Source of the DNA: Candidatus Latescibacterota bacterium
Lineage (GTDB): Bacteria > Latescibacterota > UBA2968 > GCA-2709665
Assembly (NCBI GenBank): GCA_965208835.1
Contig: OZ242358.1
Span: 4,320,001 to 4,384,000 of the forward strand
DNA length: 64,000 nucleotides
Reading direction: 5' to 3'
The position numbers and the translations under genes were made by a program. This document shows positions 19,075 to 29,619 of the stretch, piece by piece. Every line of letters starts with the position of its first letter. Positions within the stretch are counted from its first letter, which is position 1. Below the pieces are notes generated by a model that ran no database searches, was not told where the DNA came from, and saw only the letters and a list, made by a program, of their open reading frames with translations.

Positions 19075-20901
19075 TTATCCGGGCTCCCTGGGGACGGTTT
19101 CGAGGGTTTTGATTTTCTGTCGAAGCGTTCGAACCTTTTCCCGGGCCTCCGCGGCCTCAAAGCTGTGCGGATATGCTGAAAGAACGGATTCGTACGTTTT
19201 CAACGCGTCCACGTATTGTCCGAGTTTCCGGTCGTAGATCCTGCCCACGGTCACCATTGCCCCGGGGCACAGCGGGCTCCACGGGACGTTTTCAAGCAGT
19301 TGCCGGGACGTTTGAATGGCTTCGTTGTACCTGCCGAGCGTGTCCAGAAGGGCGATCTGACTGGCCAGCGCGCGATCCATAAGCCTCGATTTCGGATGGG
19401 TTTTCGTAAACGTCCGGAACGCGGCCAGGGCCGCGTCTGTTTGCTGCCGGCGAACGAGCCTGGACGCCGCCGCAAATGACCGCAGCACCCCGTCGTCTTC
19501 TTCGTCCGCGTACTCGAGCAGGACCGAGAGCCGCAGCGCGTCGTTGAACGCGAATCGACCTGACGAGCCGGACAGCAGGCTGTCGATGACACCGCGGGCG
19601 GCGTCGATGTCGCCGGACAGGAAATGGCATTCGGCGATACCGAAACGAGCCTGCGAGGCGTCTTCCCTGCCACGTTGTTCACGGACAACGCGGGCGTAAA
19701 CCGACCGGGCTTCCGCAAGCCGGTCCGAGACGATCAATATATCCGCGATCTCGAACAGAGCGTGGTAACGCCAGGAAGTACGCCTCTTCGCTCCGGCGAC
19801 CGAGCGGAACGCGTCCAGCGCGGCAGCGGTATCGCGATAGACCCGGCGGAAGAGTCGACCCAGCCGAAAACCGGCCTCATGGGCGTAGAGCGTACGGGGA
19901 AATCTGTCGACCAGGCTCCGGTAAAGGGACGCGGCCGTGTCGACCTGCGCCAGTCCTTGGCTCGCCCTCCCCAGGCCCAGGAGCGCTTCCGGTTGTCGGG
20001 CGATGGCGTTGGAGCCGGCCAGAACCATGCGATAGGCATCGGCCGCCGTGGCGAACCGGCCGGCCTCGAAGGCGTGACGGGCGAGGCGTAACAGGTGCGT
20101 CACCTGAAGTGGACCGATACGTGGAATCGTCGCACAGACCCGTAGCGCCGGTCCCTCAAGACCTGCCGCCATGGCGTACTCCGTGAACAGGCGCAGGGCA
20201 ATCTCGTCGCCGGGATGCGTTCGGACCTCCTGGCCGAGCGTGGCGAGTATCCGGTCCTGCTGGTCGCCCTCCCGTGCGTAGTGCCTGAAGCGCGTTTCGA
20301 CCTGCCCCACTGATTGGGGCTGTTGGCGAACGAAGACGAGGTACTCGGCGACGGCGTCAGGATATCGCGCGAGCCGTTCGGCGATTTCAGCCATTTCTCC
20401 GGCGAACAGGTGCGGGTTTTTCAGGAGGTCGCGTCCCCGCCTGCAAACAGAAAGCGCCCGTGACGGAAGGTTGTATTTCAGGAAGTTGCGCGCGACACGC
20501 TCAATCGTTCCCGCATCAGCAGCACCTTCGACGATACGGTTCCAGTGTACAATTGCCGCCTTCAAGTTGCCCGTTTCCGACTGGACATCCGCCAGCCGGA
20601 GGCGGACCGTCGTGTCCTGCTGCCTCTTTTGAAGATGGGCCTCCAGGAGACGAACGGCTTCGCTGCGGCGCCCGGTACGGGAGAGAATCGATTCTATGCG
20701 AAGGAGGATGTCCGTGCGGTAAGGATACCTTCTCAGGAGTTTCCGATAGAGACGCAACGCTTCTCTCAAGTCGCCGGAGGCTACCTTTGCGTTGGCCTGT
20801 CTGAGGGTTTCCCGGGCAGTGGCGGCGGACAGATCCACCGGAGCGAACAACAGAAGCGCGGCAAGTACCGGGACGGCATTTGACGGTGTCCAAATCTTCA
20901 T
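19075..20901 (-). CDS. tetratricopeptide repeat exported protein
   Basis: Signal peptide and many TPR-like helical repeats. Confidence 0.8.
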   Translation of the reverse strand: MKIWTPSNAVPVLAALLLFAPVDLSAATARETLRQANAKVASGDLREALRLYRKLLRRYPYRTDILLRIESILSRTGRRSEAVRLLEAHLQKRQQDTTVRLRLADVQSETGNLKAAIVHWNRIVEGAADAGTIERVARNFLKYNLPSRALSVCRRGRDLLKNPHLFAGEMAEIAERLARYPDAVAEYLVFVRQQPQSVGQVETRFRHYAREGDQQDRILATLGQEVRTHPGDEIALRLFTEYAMAAGLEGPALRVCATIPRIGPLQVTHLLRLARHAFEAGRFATAADAYRMVLAGSNAIARQPEALLGLGRASQGLAQVDTAASLYRSLVDRFPRTLYAHEAGFRLGRLFRRVYRDTAAALDAFRSVAGAKRRTSWRYHALFEIADILIVSDRLAEARSVYARVVREQRGREDASQARFGIAECHFLSGDIDAARGVIDSLLSGSSGRFAFNDALRLSVLLEYADEEDDGVLRSFAAASRLVRRQQTDAALAAFRTFTKTHPKSRLMDRALASQIALLDTLGRYNEAIQTSRQLLENVPWSPLCPGAMVTVGRIYDRKLGQYVDALKTYESVLSAYPHSFEAAEAREKVRTLRQKIKTLETVPREPG

Positions 20902-23900
20902 CGGGAATCTTCGCGTTTCAGCGCGTCCTCCATTAAAGACTCGAAATAGCTTCGGATGAGTCGATGGTATTCAGCAGCGAAACCCGCATCGAGCGCATCC
21001 CGGAGTCGCCTTCGAAGCGGGTTGTCCGCTTCGCCCAGATTTGGCGGCAACGAGCCCGGACCCTGGTATGCGAGTTCGGAACCTCGCCGTGCGCGCCGAT
21101 CGCTGCTTCGGCCGCGCTCGCGAATCGATCGCTGCGCATCGAGCAGGCGCGAGAGAATTCTGCGCTGTCGTTCAAGCGTCGGTCTTCCTGCGCGCCGGCT
21201 CTTCATCTCCTGGATCACGGCCTCCATCTCGGACGCGATGTGATCCAGATCGCCGAGCAGCGCATGTCGCCGGCTGCCCATCTGCCGGTGAATTTCCCGC
21301 AACGCCTCCTGGATAGCCCTCTGTCGGGCCGCCATCCGGGCGAGGCTCATCTGCAAACCCTGATCTCCGGACGGCTCGCGCCCCGGGTTGAGCGTGGATT
21401 CACTCTGTGCGTTCAGCCCGGATTGTTGGTCTGCCAGTTCCTGCATGCGCTGAAGCATTTCTTCCAGACCCACCGAGGAACCGGAAGCAGCGATGTCCCT
21501 GGCCACCCTGCGAAGCGCCATTGCGGTTTCGTTCAGCGCGCCCATCGCGTCCTTGCCGGAAGCTGCCGCCCGGGAACCGGCCCCGGCCTGGAAATGGCCT
21601 GCGGTCTCACGGACCTTGATGAGCGCCCGACCCAGCGCGGCGCCGGTTTCAGGCGTCACAAAATAGGACCGGCGGGCGGCTTCCATCAAGTGGTTCGCCA
21701 GGCGCGTCGCGCCCGCCAGTATACGGGCCTGAGCGATCGCCAGGGGCGCCGGATCGCTTTCCCTGGAAATTTCTCCGGCCTTGCGCGCGGTCTGTTCCTG
21801 CGCGACCGAGAGTCCCAGCAGGTTGTGCGTCATCTTGTTGAGATGGCGCAACAGCGCTTCTTTCCGGCTGTTGACGAATGCCTGCCTGGCCTCGTGGAGT
21901 TTCTTCGCGAACCCTTCGAGGTCTTCGGCTATCCGGGCGCCGCCGGTTCGAGCCAACCTCTCTGCACCGCCGCGCAGGTTGCGACTGACACCCCGCATGC
22001 GTTCGGGGATGCGCTGCGCTTCAAACCGTTCCGCCAGACCTTCGAGTTCGTTCGCCGCTTCCGGGAATTCACGGATTTCTTCGGCAGTCTCCGCAAGCTC
22101 GTCCTCAAACGAGCCGGTTCGCCTTGCGATCGCATCCTGCTGTCCCGCCACGGACGATGGGACCCGCTCATCACCGAGGTTGTCAACCACGCGGCGCTGC
22201 TCACGGGACAGCGCTTCCAGGGTCTGTGCCAACGCATCCAGCGCCTGTTCCGTGCGCAGTTGCCGCAGCAGGGCAATCGTCCGCTCCAGAGACTCTTGAA
22301 ATCCTTCCTGCTCGCCGCGAAACGCCTTCAGGGCCTCCTCCACGGCTTTGGAATCGACGCGCTGCATTGCGCCGCGAAGTTCTTCCATTGCTTGCTTCAA
22401 CCGTGGCGTTTCGATTTCGGAGAGCAGTCCCTGAATCTGATTCAGTTTTTGAAGGGTTTCGTCCCCCAGAAGTCCGCTCTGTTGGAGCCTGCCGAGCGTT
22501 TCTTCGAGTTTCTCGCTCACTCTTTCAAGCTTTTCCGAGGCGGTGGCCTGGGCATCGATCGCGGTTTCAAGCTCCTTGCCGTGCTGCCATTGCATCTGTC
22601 GTTCCTTCAACAGCCGTTGCGCGATCTCCTCAATTCGTTCCCGCACCGCCTCACCCTCTTCCCGGATGGCAGTCATCCGTTCCAGACCCTCTTCGTGAGC
22701 CTGTTGCGCCTGCCGGTGGATTTCCAGCAGAGACGGAAAGCGGATGGTGAAGGCCGGTGTTTCCGTTATGCCTGGACCGGATACCCTATTGCCGTCATAC
22801 GCGCGCAGCCTGAAGACGACCCGATCGCCCGGCAGCAGGTCCAGGCCGGAGAGATCCCACACATAGGTCCGGGTGAGTTCTCCCGCGCCCGGGTTGTACA
22901 TGGGAAAGGGCAGGACCTCCTCGGTCTCGAAATCGTTCACGCGGTATCGGATTTCGATTCTTGAAACGCCGAAGTCGTCACGGGCTTCCACGAACAGGGG
23001 AACCCGCATATCTTCCCCCAGTTCGGTGTCTTTACCCGGTCGGAGCAGGCGTATTTCAGGCGGATGGTCCTGGAGGGCAACCACGCGGTATTCTACCGGA
23101 TTCGCGTTGGCGATATCGTGCGTATCAAGCAAAGCGATTATATATCGCCGATTCTGTCTGACTGTCAGATTGTATAGAGCGGAACGTCCTTCGATCTGCG
23201 CAGTTGAAGCGATACTGTCGTCGAAGACGATTTCTGCCCCGCTCAACGGAAGGCTGGATTGGACACGAAGTACGGTCGACGTTCCGGCGATCGCTACAAT
23301 GTCACCGCCATCGACGTCACGGACTTCGTCCAGCCCCGTATAAGCCGGATAACGATTGTCGTGGCGAATCTTCGTTACCATTGGCCGGGGCTTCGCGGTG
23401 ACCCTGTAAACAGGGGTTGCCGCGTCGTTCGCGCTAAGACGGTACTGGAACGACCGCGTCACGGCGGGTATCACGTGCGCGATCCTCCCGTTGCGGACCG
23501 AGATTTCAAGGGGCGCCCACGCGTCGTCTTCCCGCAACAGGAGGTGAGCCTGCAGAGGCACGACGCCGGTCACGGTCGCCGTTATCGCAAGGGGTTCTCC
23601 CGCAATGATTTCGGTGCTTCCGGGATGCAGGGAAATAAACGTCTCGGGCGGACGGACGAAGGCCGTTCCCGGCCGGGCAAGCCGGCCGGCGGCCGCGGTA
23701 AGCGATCCTGGCAGAATGGCGAAAGCCACGAGAATGACCAGGCCCAGCGCACCGCAGATGGCGGCCATCCGCAGGGGCTGAGTCCGGGCGACCAGGGGTT
23801 CCAGGTTCAGCTTCGCCAGCGCCTCATCCGCCTGAATCACCGCGGCATCGACCATCGGAGACGAATAATCGGCGTCTTTGTCGGTACCCCCGAGCTGCAA

Positions 23901-24290
23901 TGCGCTGATCAGGCGCTGCTGAAGGCCACCGAACGCGTGTTCGACCTGCAACGCGACGGCTTCCGGGGAGGGCGGAAGGTAGAGAGGGCGAAGACAGTAC
24001 AATACCCCAAGCCCGACCACAACAAGCGCGGCGGATGCCTCGAAAGCCACCTTGACCGTCGGCGAAAGATACAGGACGGTTTCCAGGAGCAGCAGAACGA
24101 CAAAGCAGGACAATGCCGCGCAGAGAGCCAGACCCGCGCCGTACAGGCTGCGGGCGGCAACCTGCCTTTTCCGAAGCGCGTTCAGCCTGCCCAGCAGGTT
24201 CAGGTACGCGTCATTTGGGGATGTTCCGGTCATAGTTGAGGGAAACGCAAGTTCGGAGGCGCGTTTACTCCGCCACCTCCGCACGGTCAA
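20898..24290 (-). CDS. DUF4175-like membrane-anchored coiled-coil protein
   Basis: Three TM helices, YPAYTG, DDFGVSR, LLPGD..F...AYD, long Q/E-rich coiled coil, terminal Y..LI.SYFE. Confidence 0.8.
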   Translation of the reverse strand: MTVRRWRSKRASELAFPSTMTGTSPNDAYLNLLGRLNALRKRQVAARSLYGAGLALCAALSCFVVLLLLETVLYLSPTVKVAFEASAALVVVGLGVLYCLRPLYLPPSPEAVALQVEHAFGGLQQRLISALQLGGTDKDADYSSPMVDAAVIQADEALAKLNLEPLVARTQPLRMAAICGALGLVILVAFAILPGSLTAAAGRLARPGTAFVRPPETFISLHPGSTEIIAGEPLAITATVTGVVPLQAHLLLREDDAWAPLEISVRNGRIAHVIPAVTRSFQYRLSANDAATPVYRVTAKPRPMVTKIRHDNRYPAYTGLDEVRDVDGGDIVAIAGTSTVLRVQSSLPLSGAEIVFDDSIASTAQIEGRSALYNLTVRQNRRYIIALLDTHDIANANPVEYRVVALQDHPPEIRLLRPGKDTELGEDMRVPLFVEARDDFGVSRIEIRYRVNDFETEEVLPFPMYNPGAGELTRTYVWDLSGLDLLPGDRVVFRLRAYDGNRVSGPGITETPAFTIRFPSLLEIHRQAQQAHEEGLERMTAIREEGEAVRERIEEIAQRLLKERQMQWQHGKELETAIDAQATASEKLERVSEKLEETLGRLQQSGLLGDETLQKLNQIQGLLSEIETPRLKQAMEELRGAMQRVDSKAVEEALKAFRGEQEGFQESLERTIALLRQLRTEQALDALAQTLEALSREQRRVVDNLGDERVPSSVAGQQDAIARRTGSFEDELAETAEEIREFPEAANELEGLAERFEAQRIPERMRGVSRNLRGGAERLARTGGARIAEDLEGFAKKLHEARQAFVNSRKEALLRHLNKMTHNLLGLSVAQEQTARKAGEISRESDPAPLAIAQARILAGATRLANHLMEAARRSYFVTPETGAALGRALIKVRETAGHFQAGAGSRAAASGKDAMGALNETAMALRRVARDIAASGSSVGLEEMLQRMQELADQQSGLNAQSESTLNPGREPSGDQGLQMSLARMAARQRAIQEALREIHRQMGSRRHALLGDLDHIASEMEAVIQEMKSRRAGRPTLERQRRILSRLLDAQRSIRERGRSSDRRARRGSELAYQGPGSLPPNLGEADNPLRRRLRDALDAGFAAEYHRLIRSYFESLMEDALKREDSR

Positions 24291-25006
24291 TGCGTGAGCG
24301 CCCAGACGACGACGTTCGTGCCCATTTTCAGGGCGGCATCCCGCTTCTCGGGCGGATCATTGTGTACGGCGGCATCGTTCCAACCGTCCCCCAGGTCGCA
24401 CTCGTAATTGTAAAACACCACAAGCCGCCCCTCGTGAAAAATGCCAAACGCCTGCGGTCGTTTGCCGTCATGTTCGTGAATTTTGGGCAGGCCGTCCGGA
24501 AACGGGAAGGGGTGTTGAAAGATGCCGAATGAAGGCGGCAATTCAACCAGTTCTTTATCGGGGAAGGTTCTGGTTATTTCACGGCGAAAGGCTTTATCGA
24601 GTCCGTAGTCGTCGTTGGCAAAGAGAAAGCCCCCGTGTTCCAGGTACGTGCGAAGGCGTACGACCTCATCTTCCGTAAATCGAATATTTCCGTGTCCGGT
24701 GAGGTACAGAACGGGATAGGCGAAAAGGTCCTCATCCATGATTTCGACTCTGGCTTCCCGTTCGGCTGTGTGGATCGTCGTTCGACTTCGGATAAAGGCC
24801 AGAAGGTTGGGAATCTCGGTAGGTCCGTTGTACCAGTCTCCGCCGCCGCCGAATTTGAGCCTCGCCATCGTGAATGATGCGGGCGGATCCAGAAGTTGTG
24901 CCGGGCAGCGGGCGGCGCCAACCGTCAGAAGGCAGAACAGAGCGCAGCTCACGCCCTTTCGGGCGTATCGTCCGGCGCCGTCTTTGTGCTTTGCTTCCGT
25001 GTCCAT
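24287..25006 (-). CDS. DUF4159 domain protein
   Basis: GGGGDWY, YLTGHG, GGFLFANDDYG, LPKIHEHDGK, DLGDGW. Confidence 0.9.
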   Translation of the reverse strand: MDTEAKHKDGAGRYARKGVSCALFCLLTVGAARCPAQLLDPPASFTMARLKFGGGGDWYNGPTEIPNLLAFIRSRTTIHTAEREARVEIMDEDLFAYPVLYLTGHGNIRFTEDEVVRLRTYLEHGGFLFANDDYGLDKAFRREITRTFPDKELVELPPSFGIFQHPFPFPDGLPKIHEHDGKRPQAFGIFHEGRLVVFYNYECDLGDGWNDAAVHNDPPEKRDAALKMGTNVVVWALTH

Positions 25007-25030
25007 CTCTCCTGAGCACAGCCTCCCGAA

Positions 25031-25531
25031 TCAGTGAAGCCCGGACCGTACGCGGGCACTTCGACAAGCCGTTTCGACAAGCCCAACGCAAGCAAATCGG
25101 CGAGACCGGATGAATGGTGATATATCTATGAGACGGGACGCGATATCGGAAGTTCCGGGATTCCGGTCAATGGGATCCGATCTGAAGCAGCGGTTTCGAC
25201 CGTCCGGTTCAGGCGCGGGGCTCTTTTCGAAGCTGAACGTGCATTCGAACTTCACATCTGCAAGGCATCTCTCGTCGATCGGAAACGCGTTGCACTGGAG
25301 CGGCCGGTTCTCGTAGATGCTGCAGACGGAGAATCCATCGTCCTGTTTGACCAGGAAGGGACACTTGAAAAGGATCTCGCAGCAGTTTCCGCACCGGTTG
25401 CATTCACCCGCAAGCAGCGTTGCCTGCTCGGCAACATAGGACTTCCGAAAGTGAGCCAGGAAGAAGCGGCGAACTTTCCCCGCGGCCTGTCGGGCCCTGT
25501 ACGGCAGCTTCATGTACGTTCTGTGTTCCAT
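25031..25531 (-). CDS. YkgJ-like cysteine-cluster (Zn/Fe-chelating) protein
   Basis: CNRCGNCC, CPFL, CSIYENRPLQC..FP. Probable true stop is 25167 (...RKPLLQIGSH*) after a 1-nt indel near 25195. Confidence 0.7.
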   Translation of the reverse strand: MEHRTYMKLPYRARQAAGKVRRFFLAHFRKSYVAEQATLLAGECNRCGNCCEILFKCPFLVKQDDGFSVCSIYENRPLQCNAFPIDERCLADVKFECTFSFEKSPAPEPDGRNRCFRSDPIDRNPGTSDIASRLIDISPFIRSRRFACVGLVETACRSARVRSGLH

Positions 25532-25580
25532 ACTGTCGCAGAGTTGAAATCAGGGAACTTCGGTCCTGTCCGCTGATGAT

Positions 25581-27065
25581 TCATTCATCGGCTTCTACAC
25601 CCGCCCGCTTCGGCAGCCGGAAGAGTTGCCGGATCTCCTGCCACTCTCCGGTTTCAAGGAAGTTCCATCCCCACAGGATAAATGGATAAGCCAGCAACAG
25701 AATACACCGGGTGATTATGCCGGACGGACTGGCATCGGGCGCAAATCCGGATACGCCGACAAATACGATACCGCCGGCGATGGCGACCTTCGCGAGCCTG
25801 GCGTACTCGTAGGCGACCGGGTAGAATCGCCGTGTGTGGAGATACAGAAAAACAACCATGACGCCGTATGCGGCCAGCGTACTCCAGGCGGCGCCGTGCA
25901 CGCCCATACGCGGGATGAGCAGGAGGTTGAATCCCACATTGACGACCGCGCCCACGCCCACGACAAGCGGAAGCATGCGTGAACGGCCCTCCGCGTATAC
26001 GCCGGCTGTCAATATAATGTACAGGCCCGATAACAGGAATGCAAGGGTTACAATGGGAATGACACCCTGAGCCGGCAGGTATTCAGCGGCATTGCTTCCG
26101 CAGCCCAGCAGAATGAGATCGCGTGCGAAGGTGGATAGCACCAGGAGCAGCAGGGTTGCTCCCGCCGCGAAGTAGGTTGTCATCCGGGCCACAACGGTAC
26201 GGGCCTCGGCTCTGTCCGGAATGGCCAGGACGCCCGGCGCCCACGCGGAGCGAAAAACACGCGTAAGCATCTGCATGGGGAGGCAGAACCGGAAGAGGAT
26301 CTGAAGGATCCCGACGGGGTCCTTTCCCAGGAAAAACATCAGCAGCAACCGGTCGGAAAGGTTTATCAGAAGCAGCGCCGCAGCCGAGGGAACGAAGGGC
26401 AGACCAAAGCGCAGAAGCTCGCGCAGTATCGATGTCGAATAGACGGGCCGGAGGACTTGGAACCCGATTGGGCAAAGCGCGAGAAAGGCAAAGGCTGAAC
26501 TGACCAGATTGCTCCAGAATATGGCGCGTACTCCGTTACCTTCCCAGACGATCAGGTAAACGGTCAGGCCAAGCTGCAGTGTGTGTTGAACGAACCGCAC
26601 AGACGCGTAGGTTCCCGATCGTTGCCGCACTCTGCACAGCGTAAAGAAGGGCTCGGACAGGGTGTCCAGCAGGAGAATGACAGCGACGACCTGGAAGATG
26701 TCGGCGTAGGATGCGGAATTGAGAAAAACGATGGCAAGGCGCGCCGCAGAATTCCATACCAGGAAAGAAAGCAGGACGCCGACTGCCATTAGTGTCCAGT
26801 ATGCCGTGCTGAACTTGAGGCGTGTGCCTTCGTCGCCGCGCTCGACAGAGAGATGGCGGACGAGCGCATGGTTCAGACCCAGGGCGTACAGGAGAACACT
26901 GAAACTGACAAACGCATACGCGAGGGCCATGTCGCCATTTTCGGATGGCGTCAGCAGGCGAGCGTATACCGGCACCAGAAGGATGCCCGTCGCCTTTCCG
27001 AGCAGGTCGCCCATTCCGTAAACGGCAGTATGTTTTGTGAGCGATTTGACGTATCGGAAGCGCAT
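25581..27065 (-). CDS. oligosaccharide flippase (Wzx/MATE-like)
   Basis: Many TM helices, LLVPVYARLLTP, LLRFGLP, DRLL, NLLLIPRMGVHGAAWST; TTG 27104 is an alternative start. Confidence 0.85.
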   Translation of the reverse strand: MRFRYVKSLTKHTAVYGMGDLLGKATGILLVPVYARLLTPSENGDMALAYAFVSFSVLLYALGLNHALVRHLSVERGDEGTRLKFSTAYWTLMAVGVLLSFLVWNSAARLAIVFLNSASYADIFQVVAVILLLDTLSEPFFTLCRVRQRSGTYASVRFVQHTLQLGLTVYLIVWEGNGVRAIFWSNLVSSAFAFLALCPIGFQVLRPVYSTSILRELLRFGLPFVPSAAALLLINLSDRLLLMFFLGKDPVGILQILFRFCLPMQMLTRVFRSAWAPGVLAIPDRAEARTVVARMTTYFAAGATLLLLVLSTFARDLILLGCGSNAAEYLPAQGVIPIVTLAFLLSGLYIILTAGVYAEGRSRMLPLVVGVGAVVNVGFNLLLIPRMGVHGAAWSTLAAYGVMVVFLYLHTRRFYPVAYEYARLAKVAIAGGIVFVGVSGFAPDASPSGIITRCILLLAYPFILWGWNFLETGEWQEIRQLFRLPKRAGVEADE

Positions 27066-27186
27066 GGATAATTTGCGGCCATCCTTCTTCGTGGGCCCAG
27101 GCAACGCCGGCTCTTTCCGGCATCTCGCGAATGCCTGTGTTATCCGGGCCCCGCCAACGTGGCACGGAGTCGATTGGATGGGAGGT

Positions 27187-29613
27187 CTACAGCATGGAGA
27201 CTGGATCGATGTCCACGTCCAGCGTTACGGCGGCGCGGCGGTTTCGTCCGTATTCCCGCACAGCGCGGCGGGCCAGGACGTTCAGGTGTCTGGAAGAAGG
27301 CGTCTTGAGCACGACCTGCCACCTGAAGCTCTTGCGAATACGGGCAAGCGGCGCCTCCGCGGGACCCATGACGTCAACGTGCGGCAGCGCCATTGCGCGC
27401 AGCGTCTCGGCGCACAGACCCGCGGTACGGGCAACATCATGCTCATGTTTTCCTTTAAAGAGTAACAGGGCCATGCGGCCGAACGGCGGATACAGCACGC
27501 TGCGGCGTCCTTCGAGTTCAAGTTCGGCAAATCTGTGAAAGTCGTGCTGCCGTGCGCACCGTACGGCTTCGCCCTGCGGCAGGTGGGTCTGAATGACGAC
27601 CTCGCCGGGAGCATGTCCGCGTCCGGCCCGGCCGCTCACCTGCGTAAGCAACTGGAACGTGCGTTCTCCTGCTCTGAAGTCCGGGAGATGAATGCCGGTG
27701 TCGGCCGAAATGACGCCCACAAGGGTTACCCCTGGAAAATCCAGGCCTTTGGCCACCATCTGCGTGCCCAGCAGAACGTCCGCATGCCCTTTCCTGAAGG
27801 ATTCGAGGATCCGGTCATGCGCTCCTTTTCTGCGGGTAGTGTCGACGTCCATGCGTAGCAGGCGCATCCCGGAGAATTGTTCTTTGAGGGCTTCTTCCAC
27901 GCGCTGCGTACCCACACCGAGCAGCTTGAGATTGGTTCCCTCACAGGCTCGGCATACGGATGGCGCCGGTGTTTGGAATGCGCAGTAGTGGCACACCATC
28001 CGCCGACCCTGGGCGTGGTATGTAAGCGTGACCCGGCAATTCGGGCATTGTACACTCTCACCGCAATCCGTACACTGCACGAACGGCGCGTAGCCTCTGC
28101 GGTTTTGCAGCAGGATGACGCGTTCCTCTTTTTCAAGACGGTCCTTCAGTTTTTCCCGCAAAATCCCCGAAAACAGCCCGCTCTCTTTCCTCATATCCAC
28201 CAGGGTGACTTCGGGCAGCGGGCGGGAGTCGATCCGTTCCGGCAGTGAGAGCAGATGGGATTTTTCCATATCGACGTTGTGAAAGGACTCGAGCGCTGGC
28301 GTCGCCGAACCCAGAACGATGGGAATATTCTCCATTTTGGCGCGCATCACCGCGACATCCCGCGCGTTGTACCGGGGTGCCGGATCCGACTGTTTGTATG
28401 CGCTGTCGTGTTCCTCGTCCACAACGATCAGGCCCAGGTTGGAAACTGGCGCAAATACTGCGGAACGAGCGCCGATGACAATGGTCCGCCGGCCCTCGCG
28501 GACGTCCCTCCATGCATCGTAGCGCTCGCTTTCCGATAGCGCGCTGTGAATGACGGCGACCCGGTTGCCGAAGTGGGACCTGAAGCGGCGTACTGTTTGC
28601 GGCGTGAGCGAAATCTCCGGTACCAGAATCAGCGCGCCAAGACCGTATCTCAGAACGCGGTCGACAGCCCGGATGTAGACCAGTGTCTTGCCGCTCCCCG
28701 TTACCCCGTGCAGGAGAAAGGAATTGAACCTGGTGGGGTTGAGCGAATCCCCGATTCTCTCCAGGGCTTTCCGTTGATGGACGGTGAGCGTGAGTCGCTC
28801 GGGCTCGGTGGGTTCCACTTCCGCGTATGGATCCCTGCGCACCTCCCGGTGGTAGATACGAACCAGTCGTCGCCCCTCCAGCGCTCTGAGGATGCCGTAT
28901 CCAATCCCCGAGCGGTTCAGTGCCGCGGCAGGCATGACGCCGCCGCTGGCGCGAAGGCGCCTGAGACATTCCGCCTGCCGGGGCGCCCGGCGTTCCAGTG
29001 CAGGGTATTCCACTTCGAACCACCGCGCATCGGGTACCAGTTGAACCATGCGCTCCTGCAGGGGCTTGACACGGGGGTCTTCGATGGTCTGACAGGTTGT
29101 CAGCAAACCCCTTCGAACCAGCGCGTATACGGCACTGCGGACACCGTTCCTGCGCAGTCGCCGCTGCAGTTGGCTGAGGCTGGCCGGTCCGCGCGTCTTC
29201 AGGTGGTCCAGAACCTGCTGTTGAAAGGGGGTAATCGGACCGGGAACAGCGCCGTTGAGGGTGGTAACGGCAATGCGCTGTCCGCTATGTGTATGGATAC
29301 CGGCGGGAAGCGCAGCGGTCAGCACTTCGGACAGCGTACAGACATAGTAGCCCGCCATCCATCGGCAAAGATCGAGGGCGTCTGGTGAGACGACGGCGTA
29401 GGAGTCAAGCAGGATGCCGATCGACTTGACGCTTTCCAGGTCGGTCCGGTCCTGAAAACCAACGACGATGCCGGTCGTCCATCTGGGACCCAGCGGAACG
29501 AGCACCCTGCTTCCTATGTGAATCCGGCGCTTCAGGTCGTCGGGAACCAGATAGGTCATTTCCCGGTCGATTGGTGTGGCGAGGGGGACAATTTGTGCGT
29601 AGTCGAAATCCAT
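27187..29613 (-). CDS. priA: primosomal protein N' (replication restart helicase)
   Basis: GVTGSGKT, LVPEISLTPQ, DEEHD..YKQ, four CxxC pairs, GTQMVAKGLDF, QVSGRAGR. Confidence 0.97.
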   Translation of the reverse strand: MDFDYAQIVPLATPIDREMTYLVPDDLKRRIHIGSRVLVPLGPRWTTGIVVGFQDRTDLESVKSIGILLDSYAVVSPDALDLCRWMAGYYVCTLSEVLTAALPAGIHTHSGQRIAVTTLNGAVPGPITPFQQQVLDHLKTRGPASLSQLQRRLRRNGVRSAVYALVRRGLLTTCQTIEDPRVKPLQERMVQLVPDARWFEVEYPALERRAPRQAECLRRLRASGGVMPAAALNRSGIGYGILRALEGRRLVRIYHREVRRDPYAEVEPTEPERLTLTVHQRKALERIGDSLNPTRFNSFLLHGVTGSGKTLVYIRAVDRVLRYGLGALILVPEISLTPQTVRRFRSHFGNRVAVIHSALSESERYDAWRDVREGRRTIVIGARSAVFAPVSNLGLIVVDEEHDSAYKQSDPAPRYNARDVAVMRAKMENIPIVLGSATPALESFHNVDMEKSHLLSLPERIDSRPLPEVTLVDMRKESGLFSGILREKLKDRLEKEERVILLQNRRGYAPFVQCTDCGESVQCPNCRVTLTYHAQGRRMVCHYCAFQTPAPSVCRACEGTNLKLLGVGTQRVEEALKEQFSGMRLLRMDVDTTRRKGAHDRILESFRKGHADVLLGTQMVAKGLDFPGVTLVGVISADTGIHLPDFRAGERTFQLLTQVSGRAGRGHAPGEVVIQTHLPQGEAVRCARQHDFHRFAELELEGRRSVLYPPFGRMALLLFKGKHEHDVARTAGLCAETLRAMALPHVDVMGPAEAPLARIRKSFRWQVVLKTPSSRHLNVLARRAVREYGRNRRAAVTLDVDIDPVSML

Positions 29614-29619
29614 TCCGGA

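Noticed and set aside
20964-22964. Long antisense ORFs (666 aa here; also 33178-34497, 38652-39878 and 1243-2448)
   Set aside because: Shadows of real genes on the opposite strand in GC-rich DNA, with no motifs
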